64,000 bases of DNA from Halomonas sp. (GCA_030457605.1 JAKDUR010000006.1:9422-73421); one strand, 5' to 3'; numbered from the stretch's first letter, positions 1 through 10,231 are shown. The notes: generated by a model from the letters alone, not told the origin. Made by a program: numbers and translations.

Positions 1-502
1 TCAAAAGGTTGGGCACCCGGGTCGGCAGCACGTCAGGGATACGCTCGGTGCCGTCGTAGTTATCGACCCAGTCAACGGTGTCTTTATCCAGATCCGCCAG
101 CAGCTCGTGGGAAAGCCGCGCCATGCGCACTTCCGTATAACGCATGGCGGCGGCGTTATCACCGTCTATCGAACCGAAGTTGCCCTGACCGTCAACCAGC
201 ACATGACGCATCGAAAAGTGCTGCGCCATGCGTACGATCGTATCGTACACGGCGCTATCCCCGTGGGGGTGGTACTTACCGATAACATCGCCGACCACAC
301 GCGCCGATTTCTTGTACGGTTTGTTCCAGTCATTACTCAGCTCGTTCATGGCGAACAGAACCCGTCGATGCACGGGCTTGAGGCCGTCGCGCACGTCGGG
401 GAGCGCACGGCCGATAATGACGCTCATCGCATAGTCGAGATACGACTGCTTAAGCTCGTCTTCAATGTTAACGGGCAGAATTTCTCTGGCGATGTCACCC
501 AT
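1..502 (-). CDS. gyrA: DNA gyrase subunit A, 5' part (runs off the window start)
   Basis: Reverse-strand translation from ATG at 502 gives [47 protein letters not shown]...[20 protein letters not shown]...AAAMRYTE. It is missing from the ORF track because it has no stop in the window. Confidence 0.97.
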   Translation of the reverse strand, partial: MGDIAREILPVNIEDELKQSYLDYAMSVIIGRALPDVRDGLKPVHRRVLFAMNELSNDWNKPYKKSARVVGDVIGKYHPHGDSAVYDTIVRMAQHFSMRHVLVDGQGNFGSIDGDNAAAMRYTEVRMARLSHELLADLDKDTVDWVDNYDGTERIPDVLPTRVPNLL

Positions 503-648
503 GGAAGTCAGATCCTTTGCACTGCATTGGCACTGCGAGAGTGGAAAGCGCGAACACCGGACAACGGCGCGCAAATATCCCCACATCATACCACTGCAGA
601 CGCGCCAAGGGCAGCCGCTGGCACGTTTGTCCCTGGCACACTACCCCG

Positions 649-1086
649 CTAGGCGGTAAAAGCTTCCCGAGTTGTCGTCAGCGCGTTGAGCGCCTGACGC
701 ACCTCACCTTCGATAAAAGCGGCCTGATTGGCCTTCAATTCCAGCAGCACAAAGGTCAGGTCCGCCTGCGCCACCAGCGCACTGTCCCGGCGGCGGATAA
801 TCTGGTGATGGCATACCGCGCTGCGTTCGCCCACGCTGACAATACCCGTGAGCACCACCAGGTCATCGCCCAGCACGGCGGCACTGCGGTAATCAATATT
901 CAGGTTGACCACGACAAACGCCCGACCGGCCTGATGCAGCCCGGCAATCAACTGCGGGTGCTCGTCGAAAAACGCCCAGCGACCCTCTTCCATGAACTCC
1001 AGATAGCGGGCGTTATTAACATGGCCGTAGCCATCCAGCTGGTAACCGCGCACCCGCAGTGCCGTGCGTGAAAGCAAATCGCTCAT
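649..1086 (-). CDS. Acyl-CoA thioesterase, YbgC/FadM hot-dog family
   Basis: LDGYGHVNNARYLEFMEEGR motif; GGAG RBS upstream on the minus strand. Confidence 0.9.
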   Translation of the reverse strand: MSDLLSRTALRVRGYQLDGYGHVNNARYLEFMEEGRWAFFDEHPQLIAGLHQAGRAFVVVNLNIDYRSAAVLGDDLVVLTGIVSVGERSAVCHHQIIRRRDSALVAQADLTFVLLELKANQAAFIEGEVRQALNALTTTREAFTA

Positions 1087-1217
1087 GATGTTGGCTCCCT
1101 GAGATTTTATTGTTGACGGCTGGATCGCCGGCGGTTCGGATTAACGTTTTACCCCAACGATTTAATTCAATGCGTTAACCTGGCCTTACCGGCAGGCATT
1201 GAGCGCCGCCCACCCAA

Positions 1218-1233
1218 TCAAACATAAGTTTGA
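1218..1233. promoter_or_regulatory. Candidate PsrA-type (TetR family) operator
   Basis: Perfect inverted repeat TCAAAC-ATAA-GTTTGA upstream of the thioesterase; matches the CAAAC-N4-GTTTG PsrA box. Confidence 0.6.
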
Positions 1234-1448
1234 AACACCTGCAATAAACGCACGCATCAATATCAGCGGCCGGGTACATGCGGCCAGCACAATCCTCAAG
1301 GGCAACTTTCAGGCACGGCCTTTCCAGACAACCGCCGGAAACCTCCGGGAAGGAAACCCGGGATATGCTGGCAGGGAAGCAATGCTTTCGCCATAATGTG
1401 GCCCTTTCTCAGCACCGATCTCAAGAACAGCTCTCAAGGACAGGCGAC

Positions 1449-2402
1449 ATGTGGTTTAAAAACCTGCTGCTTTACCGCCTACACGGCGCCCCCGAGCTTG
1501 ACTGCGCCACGCTTGAAGACGCACTGGCCGAACACGCCGCCGCCCCGCTGGGCAACGCCGATGCCCGCCGGCTGGGCTTTACCGCGCCGGCCGGGCGCGC
1601 CGGCCCGGGCCAGCACGTACACGAAATTCAGGGCCACCGCCTGCTCTCGGTCCTGCGTCAGGAGCGCCTGCTGCCGGCCTCCGTGGTGAAAGAAGACGTT
1701 GACGAACGCGTTGCTGACATCGAACAGGCCGAAGGCCGCAAGGTCACGCGCAAGGAAAAAACCGCGCTCAAGGAAGAAGTTACCGAAGCCCTGTTGCCCC
1801 GCGCCTTCGTGCGCCGGCAGAAAACCGACCTCTGGTGGGATACGCGCCGAGGGCTAATCGGCATCAACGTGGGCTCCCGTACCCGCGCCGAGGAAATCCT
1901 CGACCTGCTGCGCGAGACGCTGGGCAGCCTGAAAGTCACCCCGCTGGCGGCACAGACGCTGCCCATTCGCGCGATGACCACCTGGCTTGCCGACCCTGCC
2001 AACCGCCCCGCCGACATGACCCTTGGCGATCAGGTCGAACTGAAAGCCAAAGGCGACGACGGCGTGCTGCGCGCCCGCCAGGTCGACCTGGACGGCGATG
2101 ATATTCAGCAGCTGCTGGAAGGCGGCCGCCAGGCAAGCAAGCTCGCGCTGGGCGTGGAAGGCCGGCTGAGCTTTGTGCTGACGGATGATCTGACGCTTAA
2201 ATCCCTGCGCTTTGGCGACGCACTGATTGAAGAAGCCGACCATGCCGACGACGGCGACGACGCGCTGGCGCGCCTTGAAACCGATTTCATCCTCATGGCT
2301 CAGGCGCTTTCCGAAGACGCGGTGCGCCTGCTCGAATGGCTCGGCGGAGAAGCGCAGAGCGGCAACGCCAACGAGCACGGGCACTTTTCGGATACCCCCT
2401 AA
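1449..2402 (+). CDS. rdgC: Recombination-associated protein RdgC
   Basis: MWFKNLLLYRL N-terminus, ERLLPASVV, LLPRAF, LLRETLGSL; start set at ATG 1449. Confidence 0.95.
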   Translation: MWFKNLLLYRLHGAPELDCATLEDALAEHAAAPLGNADARRLGFTAPAGRAGPGQHVHEIQGHRLLSVLRQERLLPASVVKEDVDERVADIEQAEGRKVTRKEKTALKEEVTEALLPRAFVRRQKTDLWWDTRRGLIGINVGSRTRAEEILDLLRETLGSLKVTPLAAQTLPIRAMTTWLADPANRPADMTLGDQVELKAKGDDGVLRARQVDLDGDDIQQLLEGGRQASKLALGVEGRLSFVLTDDLTLKSLRFGDALIEEADHADDGDDALARLETDFILMAQALSEDAVRLLEWLGGEAQSGNANEHGHFSDTP

Positions 2403-2418
2403 CGACTCGACGGATCGC

Positions 2419-3603
2419 ATGACTGACCAGACTACTGCTACCCGCACCGCTCCCACCGAGACGGACCCCTGGGCCGACATTCGCCCCTACACCGACGCCG
2501 AAGTCGAAGACGTACTTGAGCGTCTGGCGCGCGACAACGAACTGCTGAACGCGCTGACGCGCTTTCGCCTGCCGCGCCTTGCCCGAGTGGCGCCGCCGCT
2601 GGCACGCATGCTCGCCAGCCGGGCAGTACGCCGCGAAGTCAAGGACGTGTCCAGCGTGCGCGCTTTCCAGCAGCGCATTGCCAGCTACATGGACCGCATG
2701 ATCCGCACCAGTACGGATGCCTTCGAGGTCAGCGGCCTTGACCGGCTCGACGCCAATACCGCGTACCTGTTCATCGGCAACCATCGCGATATCTCGCTGG
2801 ATCCGGCGTTTGTCAACTACGCGCTATACCAGTCCGGGCGCGATACGGTGCGCATTGCCATCGGCGACAACCTGCTGAAAAAGCCTTACGTCACCGATCT
2901 GATGCGGCTCAACAAAAGCTTTATCGTACCCCGCAGCGCCCGGGGCAAACGTGCCATGCTCGCCGCCTATCAGAACCTTTCGGCCTACATTCGCCACTCG
3001 ATTACCGCCGACAACCACCCGCTCTGGATGGCCCAGCGCGAAGGCCGCGCCAAAACCGGCATTGACCGCACGGACTCCGCCATCATCAAAATGCTTACCA
3101 TGGCGCGGCGTATGGCCGACAAACAGGCCACCTTTGGCGAAGCAGCTGCCGAGCTGCGTCTGGTACCGGTCTCCATCAGCTACGAGCTTGACCCCTGCGA
3201 CGTGCAGAAAGCCCAGGAGCTTTACGACATGGACACCCGGGGCGGCTACGACAAAAGCGAGTTTGAAGATATCCAGTCGATCGTTGCCGGCATCACCGGC
3301 GACAAGGGCCGCGTACAGCTCCACTTTGGCCACCCGATCGGCGCCGACATGGGCACGCCCGACGAAGTTGCCGCCGAAATCGATCGCCAGGTGATCGGCG
3401 GCTATCGGTTGTTTCCCACACACTATCTGGCCCTTGAAGCACTGGGCGATGCCCCCGAGCTGGTGCCCCGCAAAGCCATTACCCGGCAGGACCGCGACCG
3501 CTTTGACAAACGCCTCGCCGCGGTGCCTGAAGCACTGCGCCCCTACTGGCTGGCCCAGTATGCCAATCCGGTCAAACACAAGGCCGGCCGGTTGGCGCTT
3601 TAA
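2419..3603 (+). CDS. Glycerol-3-phosphate/1-acylglycerol-phosphate acyltransferase family protein
   Basis: HxxxxD motif NHRDISLD, AIGDNLL, AQREGRAK, PVSISYE. Confidence 0.85.
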   Translation: MTDQTTATRTAPTETDPWADIRPYTDAEVEDVLERLARDNELLNALTRFRLPRLARVAPPLARMLASRAVRREVKDVSSVRAFQQRIASYMDRMIRTSTDAFEVSGLDRLDANTAYLFIGNHRDISLDPAFVNYALYQSGRDTVRIAIGDNLLKKPYVTDLMRLNKSFIVPRSARGKRAMLAAYQNLSAYIRHSITADNHPLWMAQREGRAKTGIDRTDSAIIKMLTMARRMADKQATFGEAAAELRLVPVSISYELDPCDVQKAQELYDMDTRGGYDKSEFEDIQSIVAGITGDKGRVQLHFGHPIGADMGTPDEVAAEIDRQVIGGYRLFPTHYLALEALGDAPELVPRKAITRQDRDRFDKRLAAVPEALRPYWLAQYANPVKHKAGRLAL

Positions 3604-3794
3604 CCCCGGCGCCAGCGCACAAGGGGCAACCACGAAGGCGAAGGAAAGCAGCGTTCAGGCACTGCGCCGGGCGGCAAAAAATGCTATGGTCAGACGGTTA
3701 CAGCCCGGGATTTCACCAACGATTTTCATCGACGTTGCCCAAACCGGGCCAGCCGCGTGCCAAGGCGTATCCAGGCGTACTCAGGAGAGTCTCA

Positions 3795-4076
3795 ATGTCC
3801 GCTTCAGAAATTCAAAAAACGCGCGTCATCAACGAGCTGCAAAGCTTTATCCGCAAACTGCTGCAAGATCCCAAAATCCTTGAACAGTCGCTGGCCGTTG
3901 CCCGCCAGCAGCTGGACAACGGCGGCAGCGCCGACAGCATGGCGCGGGTTGCCAACGAAATCTCCGACACCACCAGCGTTCACATCCCGGAAGACCCGGC
4001 CGAACACTCGGAAGCCGACAGGATGTTTCTGGCACTGCTGCGTGAAGTGGTGCTCGAAGAGCAGGCACTTTACTAA
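3795..4076 (+). CDS. Small acidic hypothetical protein (93 aa)
   Basis: AGGAG RBS before ATG 3795, coding-like codon use, followed by a hairpin and T tract. Confidence 0.75.
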   Translation: MSASEIQKTRVINELQSFIRKLLQDPKILEQSLAVARQQLDNGGSADSMARVANEISDTTSVHIPEDPAEHSEADRMFLALLREVVLEEQALY

Positions 4077-4097
4077 ACCGCCCCGGTAATGCCTTGC

Positions 4098-4128
4098 GCG
4101 GCGGGCCCCGGGCTTCGCCGCCTTTTTT
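4098..4128 (+). terminator. Possible intrinsic terminator
   Basis: GC stem GCGGCG...CGCCGC followed by a T6 run. Confidence 0.5.
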
Positions 4129-4175
4129 ACGCTGCCTTAATACACCGCCTGACGTTAACGGAAGTATCATCCGCC

Positions 4176-6212
4176 ATGCCTAACACTGCCACGCGCAAGA
4201 TTCTGGTAACCAGCGCGCTCCCCTATGCCAACGGCGCCATTCATCTGGGCCATCTGCTCGAATACATTCAGACCGATATCTGGGTGCGTTTCCAGAAAAG
4301 TCGTGGCCAGCAATGCCACTATGTCTGCGCCGACGATGCCCACGGCACCGCCATCATGCTGCGCGCCGAGCAGGAAGGCATTACCCCCGAAACGCTGATC
4401 GAACGCGTCTCCCGGGATCATCAGGCAGATTTTTCGCGTTTCGGCGTGGCCTTTGACAACTACCATTCCACTCATTCGGAAGAAAATCGCTACTTCAGCG
4501 AATTGATCTACACCCGCCTGCGCGATGCCGGTCATATTGCCACCCGGGATATCGAGCAGATGTACGACCCGCAAAAGGGGCTGTTTCTCGCCGACCGCTT
4601 CATCAAGGGCACCTGCCCCAAATGCCGGGCCGACGACCAGTACGGCGACAACTGCGAAGCCTGCGGCGCGACCTACACCCCGGCCGAGCTGATTGATCCG
4701 GTGTCGGCGATTTCCGGCGCCACCCCCGAAGTCAGAAGCTCGACCCACTACTTCTTCAAACTGCCCGATTTCGCCGACTTCATGCAGCGCTGGATCAACG
4801 ACGGCCACGTGCAGCCGCAAATCCGCAACAAGCTGATGGAATGGTTCGAAGCGGGGTTCAACGAGTGGGACATTTCCCGGGATGCGCCCTATTTCGGCTT
4901 CGAGATTCCCGACGCGCCGGGCAAGTATTTCTACGTCTGGCTCGACGCGCCCATCGGCTATCTGGCCAGTTTCAAGAATCTGTGCGAACGCGAAGGGCTG
5001 GACTTTGACAGCTACTGGCGACCCGGCTCCGACGCCGAGGTATATCACTTCATCGGCAAGGATATCGTCTACTTCCACGCGCTGTTCTGGCCGGCGATGC
5101 TGCACGGCGCAAACCTGCGCACGCCCACTGCGGTCAACTGCCACGGTTTTGTCACCGTGGACGGCGCCAAGATGTCCAAGTCTCGGGGCACTTTTATCAA
5201 GGCCGCCACCTACGCCGACTATTTGAATCCCGAATACCTGCGTTACTACTTTGCCGCCAAGCTGACCTCCAAGGTCGACGACCTGGATTTGAATCTTGAA
5301 GATTTTGCCGCACGGGTCAACGCCGATCTGGTCGGCAAGGTCGTCAACATTGCCAGCCGCTGCGCCGGCTTTGTGCAAAAACTCGGCGGCGGCACGCTGT
5401 CCGAGCATTGCGCCGAGCCGGCAATGGTGGCGCGCTTTATCGCCGCCGGCGACGACATCGCCAACGACTTTGAAGCCCGGGAATTTTCCCGCGCCATGCG
5501 CCGCGTGATGGAGCTGGCCGACGAAGCCAACACCTACATTGCCGACGGCGAGCCCTGGGTACTCGCCAAACAGGAAGGCCGCGAGCAGGAAGTGCTCGAC
5601 ATCTGCTCGGTGGGCATCAACCTGTTCCGCCAGCTGATGGTCTACCTCGCGCCCGTGGTGCCGGCCATGGCCGAACAGGCGCGCGTCTTCCTCAATCTGG
5701 AGACGCTTAACTGGGCGAGCCGCCACGCGGTGCTATCGCACCACGCGATCAACAAGTTCAAGCCGCTGATGACACGCATTGAACGCGATAAAATCGACGC
5801 CATGATCGAAGCCTCAAAAGAAGACCTGGCCGAGGAGAAAAAGCTGAAAGAGACGCCCAAAGGGCCGCTGGCCGACAATCCGATTGCCGCAGAAGTCAGC
5901 TTTGACGACTTCAGCAAGGTCGATCTGCGCATTGCCCGCATTGCCAAGGCGCAATACGTCAAGGGCGCCGACAAGCTGCTGCAACTTACGCTGGACCTTG
6001 GCGGCGAAACCCGCAACGTGTTCTCCGGCATCCGCTCGGCCTACGCCCCTGAAGCGCTTGAGGGCCGGCTGACCGTGATGGTGGCCAACCTTGCCCCGCG
6101 CAAGATGCGTTTTGGCGTATCGGAAGGCATGGTACTGGCTTCCGCTAACGACGACGGCATCTACCTGCTGTCGCCGGACGACGGCGCCGAGCCCGGTCAG
6201 CGCGTCACCTGA
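4176..6212 (+). CDS. metG: Methionine--tRNA ligase
   Basis: [13 protein letters not shown] (HIGH), KMSKS, Zn knuckle CPKC/CEAC, C-terminal tRNA-binding domain. Confidence 0.98.
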   Translation: MPNTATRKILVTSALPYANGAIHLGHLLEYIQTDIWVRFQKSRGQQCHYVCADDAHGTAIMLRAEQEGITPETLIERVSRDHQADFSRFGVAFDNYHSTHSEENRYFSELIYTRLRDAGHIATRDIEQMYDPQKGLFLADRFIKGTCPKCRADDQYGDNCEACGATYTPAELIDPVSAISGATPEVRSSTHYFFKLPDFADFMQRWINDGHVQPQIRNKLMEWFEAGFNEWDISRDAPYFGFEIPDAPGKYFYVWLDAPIGYLASFKNLCEREGLDFDSYWRPGSDAEVYHFIGKDIVYFHALFWPAMLHGANLRTPTAVNCHGFVTVDGAKMSKSRGTFIKAATYADYLNPEYLRYYFAAKLTSKVDDLDLNLEDFAARVNADLVGKVVNIASRCAGFVQKLGGGTLSEHCAEPAMVARFIAAGDDIANDFEAREFSRAMRRVMELADEANTYIADGEPWVLAKQEGREQEVLDICSVGINLFRQLMVYLAPVVPAMAEQARVFLNLETLNWASRHAVLSHHAINKFKPLMTRIERDKIDAMIEASKEDLAEEKKLKETPKGPLADNPIAAEVSFDDFSKVDLRIARIAKAQYVKGADKLLQLTLDLGGETRNVFSGIRSAYAPEALEGRLTVMVANLAPRKMRFGVSEGMVLASANDDGIYLLSPDDGAEPGQRVT

Positions 6213-7015
6213 TGGAGCGCGCGCACCTGATAGACGCCGTCGATGCCTTACTGCCACAAACCCAGTGCGGCAAGTGTGGCTTTGACGGCTGTTTGCCCTA
6301 CGCCGAGGCCATCGCCGACGGCGAGCCGATCAACCGCTGCCCGCCGGGCGGCGAGGCCACGCTTGTCCAGCTGGTTGAGCTTACCGGCCAATCGGCGCAA
6401 ACGCTTGCCGAGCCGCCCCAGCCGCCGCTTGCCGCCGTCATTCGTGAAGACGAATGCATCGGCTGCACCAAGTGCATTCAAGCCTGCCCGGTGGACGCCA
6501 TTCTGGGGGCGGCCAAACGCATGCATACGGTCATCACCGATGAATGCACCGGCTGCGAGCTGTGCGTTGCCCCCTGCCCGGTAGACTGCATCGACATGGT
6601 GTCGCACCCTGCCTGGCAGGCGGCAAAAAGCCGTGAAGAACAGGATGCCTACCTTACTCGCCGCGCCGAACTCGGCCGCCAGCGCCACCGTGCCCGCCAA
6701 CAGCGCTTAACCCGCGAAGCCCGGGAAAAGCGCCTTGAGCGCCGCAAACGGCGGATGCAAAAGCGCCGCCCCGAAAGCGCCACCCCAGGCAACAGCCCCG
6801 CCGGCGCAATAGCGCTACGCCAGAAAAAACTCGCGGCGCGGGCTGCCGAACAGGCGCTCAAACGCGTACAGCAACAGCTGGAAAGCGCACGGCGGCGCGG
6901 TGACGCCACAGCAGAAGCCACCGCCATCGAGCAGCTTCCCGAAGCCGAAAGCCTGCTTGCCGAGGCACAACAGGCGCTTGCGACCGCCATGAGCGAGACA
7001 GAGCACACCCCATGA
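6212..7015 (+). CDS. rnfB: RnfB/RsxB-like Fe-S protein with a charged C-terminal extension
   Basis: [15 protein letters not shown]...[40 protein letters not shown]; overlaps the metG stop and the nth start. Confidence 0.85.
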   Translation: MERAHLIDAVDALLPQTQCGKCGFDGCLPYAEAIADGEPINRCPPGGEATLVQLVELTGQSAQTLAEPPQPPLAAVIREDECIGCTKCIQACPVDAILGAAKRMHTVITDECTGCELCVAPCPVDCIDMVSHPAWQAAKSREEQDAYLTRRAELGRQRHRARQQRLTREAREKRLERRKRRMQKRRPESATPGNSPAGAIALRQKKLAARAAEQALKRVQQQLESARRRGDATAEATAIEQLPEAESLLAEAQQALATAMSETEHTP

Positions 7016-7647
7016 ATGCCCGCAAACGCCATGAGATTTTTGCCCGGTTGCGGGCAGAAAACCCGCACCCGACCACCGAGCTTGTGTGGTCAACGCCGTT
7101 CGAACTGCTTACCGCAGTGCTGCTTTCCGCCCAGGCGACGGACGTCGGCGTCAACAAGGCCACTGCGCGCCTGTTCCCGGTGGCCAATACGCCCCGGGCA
7201 ATCATCACGCTGGGGATTGACGGGCTGAAAGAACACATCAGGACCATCGGCCTTTACAACACCAAGGCCGTCAACCTGATGAAAACCTGTCAGCTGCTGG
7301 TCGATCAGCACGACGGCCAGGTCCCCCGCACCCGCAAGGCACTGGAAGCGCTGCCCGGCGTCGGGCGCAAAACCGCCAACGTAATCCTCAATACCGCCTT
7401 TGGCCAGCCCACCATCGCCGTGGATACGCATATTTTCCGCGTTTCCAACCGCACCGGGCTGGCGCCGGGCAAAAACGTGGTCGAGGTCGAGCAAAAACTG
7501 ATCCGCCACGTTCCCCGCGAGTTCAAACAGGACGCCCACCACTGGCTGATTCTGCACGGCCGCTATACCTGTATTGCGCGCAAACCGCGCTGCGGCAGCT
7601 GCGTCATCGAAGACCTGTGCGACTATTCCGATAAAACCGAACTCTGA
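7012..7647 (+). CDS. nth: Endonuclease III
   Basis: LLSAQATD, HhH motif [15 protein letters not shown], [4Fe-4S] motif [17 protein letters not shown]. Confidence 0.97.
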   Translation: MNARKRHEIFARLRAENPHPTTELVWSTPFELLTAVLLSAQATDVGVNKATARLFPVANTPRAIITLGIDGLKEHIRTIGLYNTKAVNLMKTCQLLVDQHDGQVPRTRKALEALPGVGRKTANVILNTAFGQPTIAVDTHIFRVSNRTGLAPGKNVVEVEQKLIRHVPREFKQDAHHWLILHGRYTCIARKPRCGSCVIEDLCDYSDKTEL

Positions 7648-7675
7648 CAAAACCGCGCAGCATTCTCTCTTCCCT

Positions 7676-7704
7676 CTTCGGCCAAGGTCGCCTTGGCCGA
7701 AGTC
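7676..7704. promoter_or_regulatory. 12-bp perfect inverted repeat: terminator of metG-rnfB-nth and/or regulator site for the downstream operon
   Basis: CTTCGGCCAAGG-TCG-CCTTGGCCGAAG. Confidence 0.5.
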
Positions 7705-7764
7705 TTCTGCTTGCATAGACTCCAACCATCACCACAATAAAGCCTAACATCGCAGGAGAACGCC

Positions 7765-8160
7765 ATGGCTCAGGTACCGGCGCACGTACTGGTGGTCGAT
7801 GACGAGCCCAATATCTTGCTCTCGCTTGAGTTTCTGATGCAGCAGGCAGGGTTTGACGTCACCACCGCCGAAGACGGAGAAAGCGCTCTAGCGCATATTG
7901 ATGCCAACCGGCCCGATTTGCTGCTGCTCGATATCAGCCTGCCCGGCATCAGCGGCTTTGACGTGCTCGGGCAGCTTCGCGCTACACCTGCGACTCGCCA
8001 TCTGAAGATCATCATGCTTACTGCCCACGGCCGCGAAATCGAACGCGAGAAAGGCATGGCGCTGGGCGCGGATGACTACATCACCAAGCCGTTTTCCACC
8101 CGTGCGCTGGTCGAAATGGTCAAGGCACTGCTGACCGAGGCCAACCATGACGCGCCATAA
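7765..8160 (+). CDS. Single-domain response regulator (receiver only)
   Basis: VLVVDDE, LLLLDISLP (phospho-Asp), MLTA, YITKPFS; no output domain; AGGAG RBS. Confidence 0.93.
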   Translation: MAQVPAHVLVVDDEPNILLSLEFLMQQAGFDVTTAEDGESALAHIDANRPDLLLLDISLPGISGFDVLGQLRATPATRHLKIIMLTAHGREIEREKGMALGADDYITKPFSTRALVEMVKALLTEANHDAP

Positions 8161-10231
8161 CCGCCGCCAGGGGTTGCCCAAACGCCAGCGCCTGATCGGC
8201 CTGTGGCTGTTGCTCAGCGGTGTCAGCCTGCTGGGTGGGGCGATTTTTGCCGCCTGGCTGGATGCCCGCCTGGGCGTGGGCGGCTGGGAACGCACGGCGC
8301 TATGGCTGGGCAGTTTTTCCGGCGGTGCGACCATTCTGCTGGTGGGGCTGGCGCTGGAGCGCATGCTGTTTATGCCCCTGCGCCACTTGCAGGCGCAGCT
8401 GGCACGCCTGGTGGCAAGCCCCGATACCCGGGACGAACACCCGCCCGAAGGCTGGCTGACAGGGCTGGGGCCGGACCTTGCCCGAGTACGGGAAAGCTGG
8501 CGCGCCGACCGTGGCCGGCTGACACAGGCCCATGCCGAAGGGGCGCGCGACGCCGCCCAAACCCGTCAGCGGCTTGAAGCACTGCTACAGGTATTGCAAA
8601 CGCCGCTGCTGCTCTGCGACCGCCACCGCCGGCTTTTGCTGCTGAACGCCGCGGCAGAAAGCTTTTTTGCCGGCCATACCGGGCTGGGCCTGGGCAAACG
8701 CATCGACGCATTACTGCCCGCCGCCAGCCTGCAGAACGCGCTGGCCCAGCTGCCCGATGACGGCACGCCGCGCGAGCTTCTGCTCCCCTGCCATGAGTGC
8801 TGGCTGAAAGTCACACTGCGCCGGTTGCCGAAAAGCAGCGGCGACAGCCTTGTGACTTTCACTGACGCCACTCTCGCCTGGAGCACCGAAATGGGCGTAC
8901 GCGCCGAGCTTGGCTCCCGGCTGACCGAGCTACGCCGTCAGGCGGCAAGCGTCACCAGCGCTGCCGACGTATTGAAAACGCTAAGCCCGTCCAGTGCAGA
9001 CGCCCACGCGCTACGCGAGCGGCTGGAAAACGTCATTGATGAAGACGGCCTGGCGCTTGGCCACAGCATTACCCACATGGGCCAACTGATTGACGACATG
9101 CAGCGCCAGGGCGAGCAGCTGACGCCCATCTGGTCCAACGATTTCTGGCAGGCGCTGGACGAACGGCTTGACCCGTCCCGCCGGCTGATTACGCCCATCG
9201 GCATGCCCGCCTGGTTCAAGGGCGACGCGCCGGCGCTGATCGCGCTGCTCGATTCACTCCTGCAGCATCTTGAAACCTACCTGCCCGCCGGCATCATTGA
9301 AAGCGGCCGTTTTGAGGGTGAAATGGGGCTGGGCAACAAACGCGTGTATCTGGACATGATCTGGCACGGCGCACCGCTGCCCGAAGGTGAGCTGGCCCGC
9401 TGGCAGCGCCAACCGCTGACGACGCTGCCACACTCGCCTAGCGCCGCCGAGGTGCTGCGCCAGCATGCCAGCGATATCTGGAGCCTGGCCGATGCCGACG
9501 GCAAGCGCGCACGCCTCCGCCTGCCGCTACCCGCCGCCGAGCGGGTCGGTGCACCGCCGCGCGTCGTGGCCCCGCGCCCCGAGTTCCACGACTTCGGCAT
9601 TGCCAACCTGCCCTCGCCCGATGAACGGCTCGCCGACCTGTCGCTGCGCAGCCTGGAGGTCGTCGCTTTTGATACCGAAACCACCGGGCTGGCGCTACGC
9701 CGCGGCGATACAGTCGTCAGCCTGGGCGCCTGCCGCATCGTCAATGCCAGAGTGCTTGCCAGCGAAACATTCGCGCAATTCGTTGATCCTGAGCGCTCCA
9801 TTCCCGCTGAGAGCACAACTATCCACGGCCTTGCCGATGCTGACGTAGCCGGCGCGCCGCCCCTTGCCATTGCGCTTGAGCATTTTCGCCACTACGTGGG
9901 CGATGCCGTGCTGCTTGCCCACAACGCCTCCTTCGACATGCTCGCCATCAGCCAGCAGGGCGTTGAATTTTCCATGCCGGTACTGGACACCCTGCTGATC
10001 TCCCGCGCACTGGATGAAGCGTTGGACGGGCACGATCTGGACAGCCTCGCCGCACGCTACGACATCGCCTTCCCGCCCGGCACGCGCCACACCGCACTGG
10101 GCGATGCCCGGGTCACCGCTGCACTGTGGCTGGCCCTGCTGCCGCGCCTGGAAGCCCGGGGCGTTGATACGCTGGAGTCGCTACTGGCGCTGCAGGCCAA
10201 CGCCATCGACGTGGAGGATGCCAGCCTGTGA
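8147..10231 (+). CDS. Membrane-anchored HAMP/PAS/degenerate-HK protein with a C-terminal DEDDh 3'-5' exonuclease (DnaQ-like)
   Basis: Two N-terminal hydrophobic helices; PAS-like LLLCDRHRRLLLLNAAAE; Exo I AFDTETTGL, Exo II AHNASFD, Exo III RHTALGDA. Confidence 0.88.
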   Translation: MTRHNRRQGLPKRQRLIGLWLLLSGVSLLGGAIFAAWLDARLGVGGWERTALWLGSFSGGATILLVGLALERMLFMPLRHLQAQLARLVASPDTRDEHPPEGWLTGLGPDLARVRESWRADRGRLTQAHAEGARDAAQTRQRLEALLQVLQTPLLLCDRHRRLLLLNAAAESFFAGHTGLGLGKRIDALLPAASLQNALAQLPDDGTPRELLLPCHECWLKVTLRRLPKSSGDSLVTFTDATLAWSTEMGVRAELGSRLTELRRQAASVTSAADVLKTLSPSSADAHALRERLENVIDEDGLALGHSITHMGQLIDDMQRQGEQLTPIWSNDFWQALDERLDPSRRLITPIGMPAWFKGDAPALIALLDSLLQHLETYLPAGIIESGRFEGEMGLGNKRVYLDMIWHGAPLPEGELARWQRQPLTTLPHSPSAAEVLRQHASDIWSLADADGKRARLRLPLPAAERVGAPPRVVAPRPEFHDFGIANLPSPDERLADLSLRSLEVVAFDTETTGLALRRGDTVVSLGACRIVNARVLASETFAQFVDPERSIPAESTTIHGLADADVAGAPPLAIALEHFRHYVGDAVLLAHNASFDMLAISQQGVEFSMPVLDTLLISRALDEALDGHDLDSLAARYDIAFPPGTRHTALGDARVTAALWLALLPRLEARGVDTLESLLALQANAIDVEDASL

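Noticed and set aside
230-285. GyrA quinolone-resistance region
   Set aside because: Reads [11 protein letters not shown], so the Ser83 and Asp87 equivalents are wild type.
107-652. 181-aa plus-strand ORF
   Set aside because: Antisense shadow of gyrA.
2701-2710. ATCCGCACCA matching the tRNA-Leu 3' end
   Set aside because: Only about 10 bp, inside a CDS, with core genes in between and no integrase; a chance match rather than an att site.
3604-3675. GAAGGAAAGCAGC inside a GC-flanked stem, reminiscent of SRP RNA
   Set aside because: Lacks the CAGG...GGAA...AGCA helix arrangement of 4.5S RNA.
4167-5726. 519-aa minus-strand ORF
   Set aside because: Antisense shadow of metG caused by high-GC codon bias.
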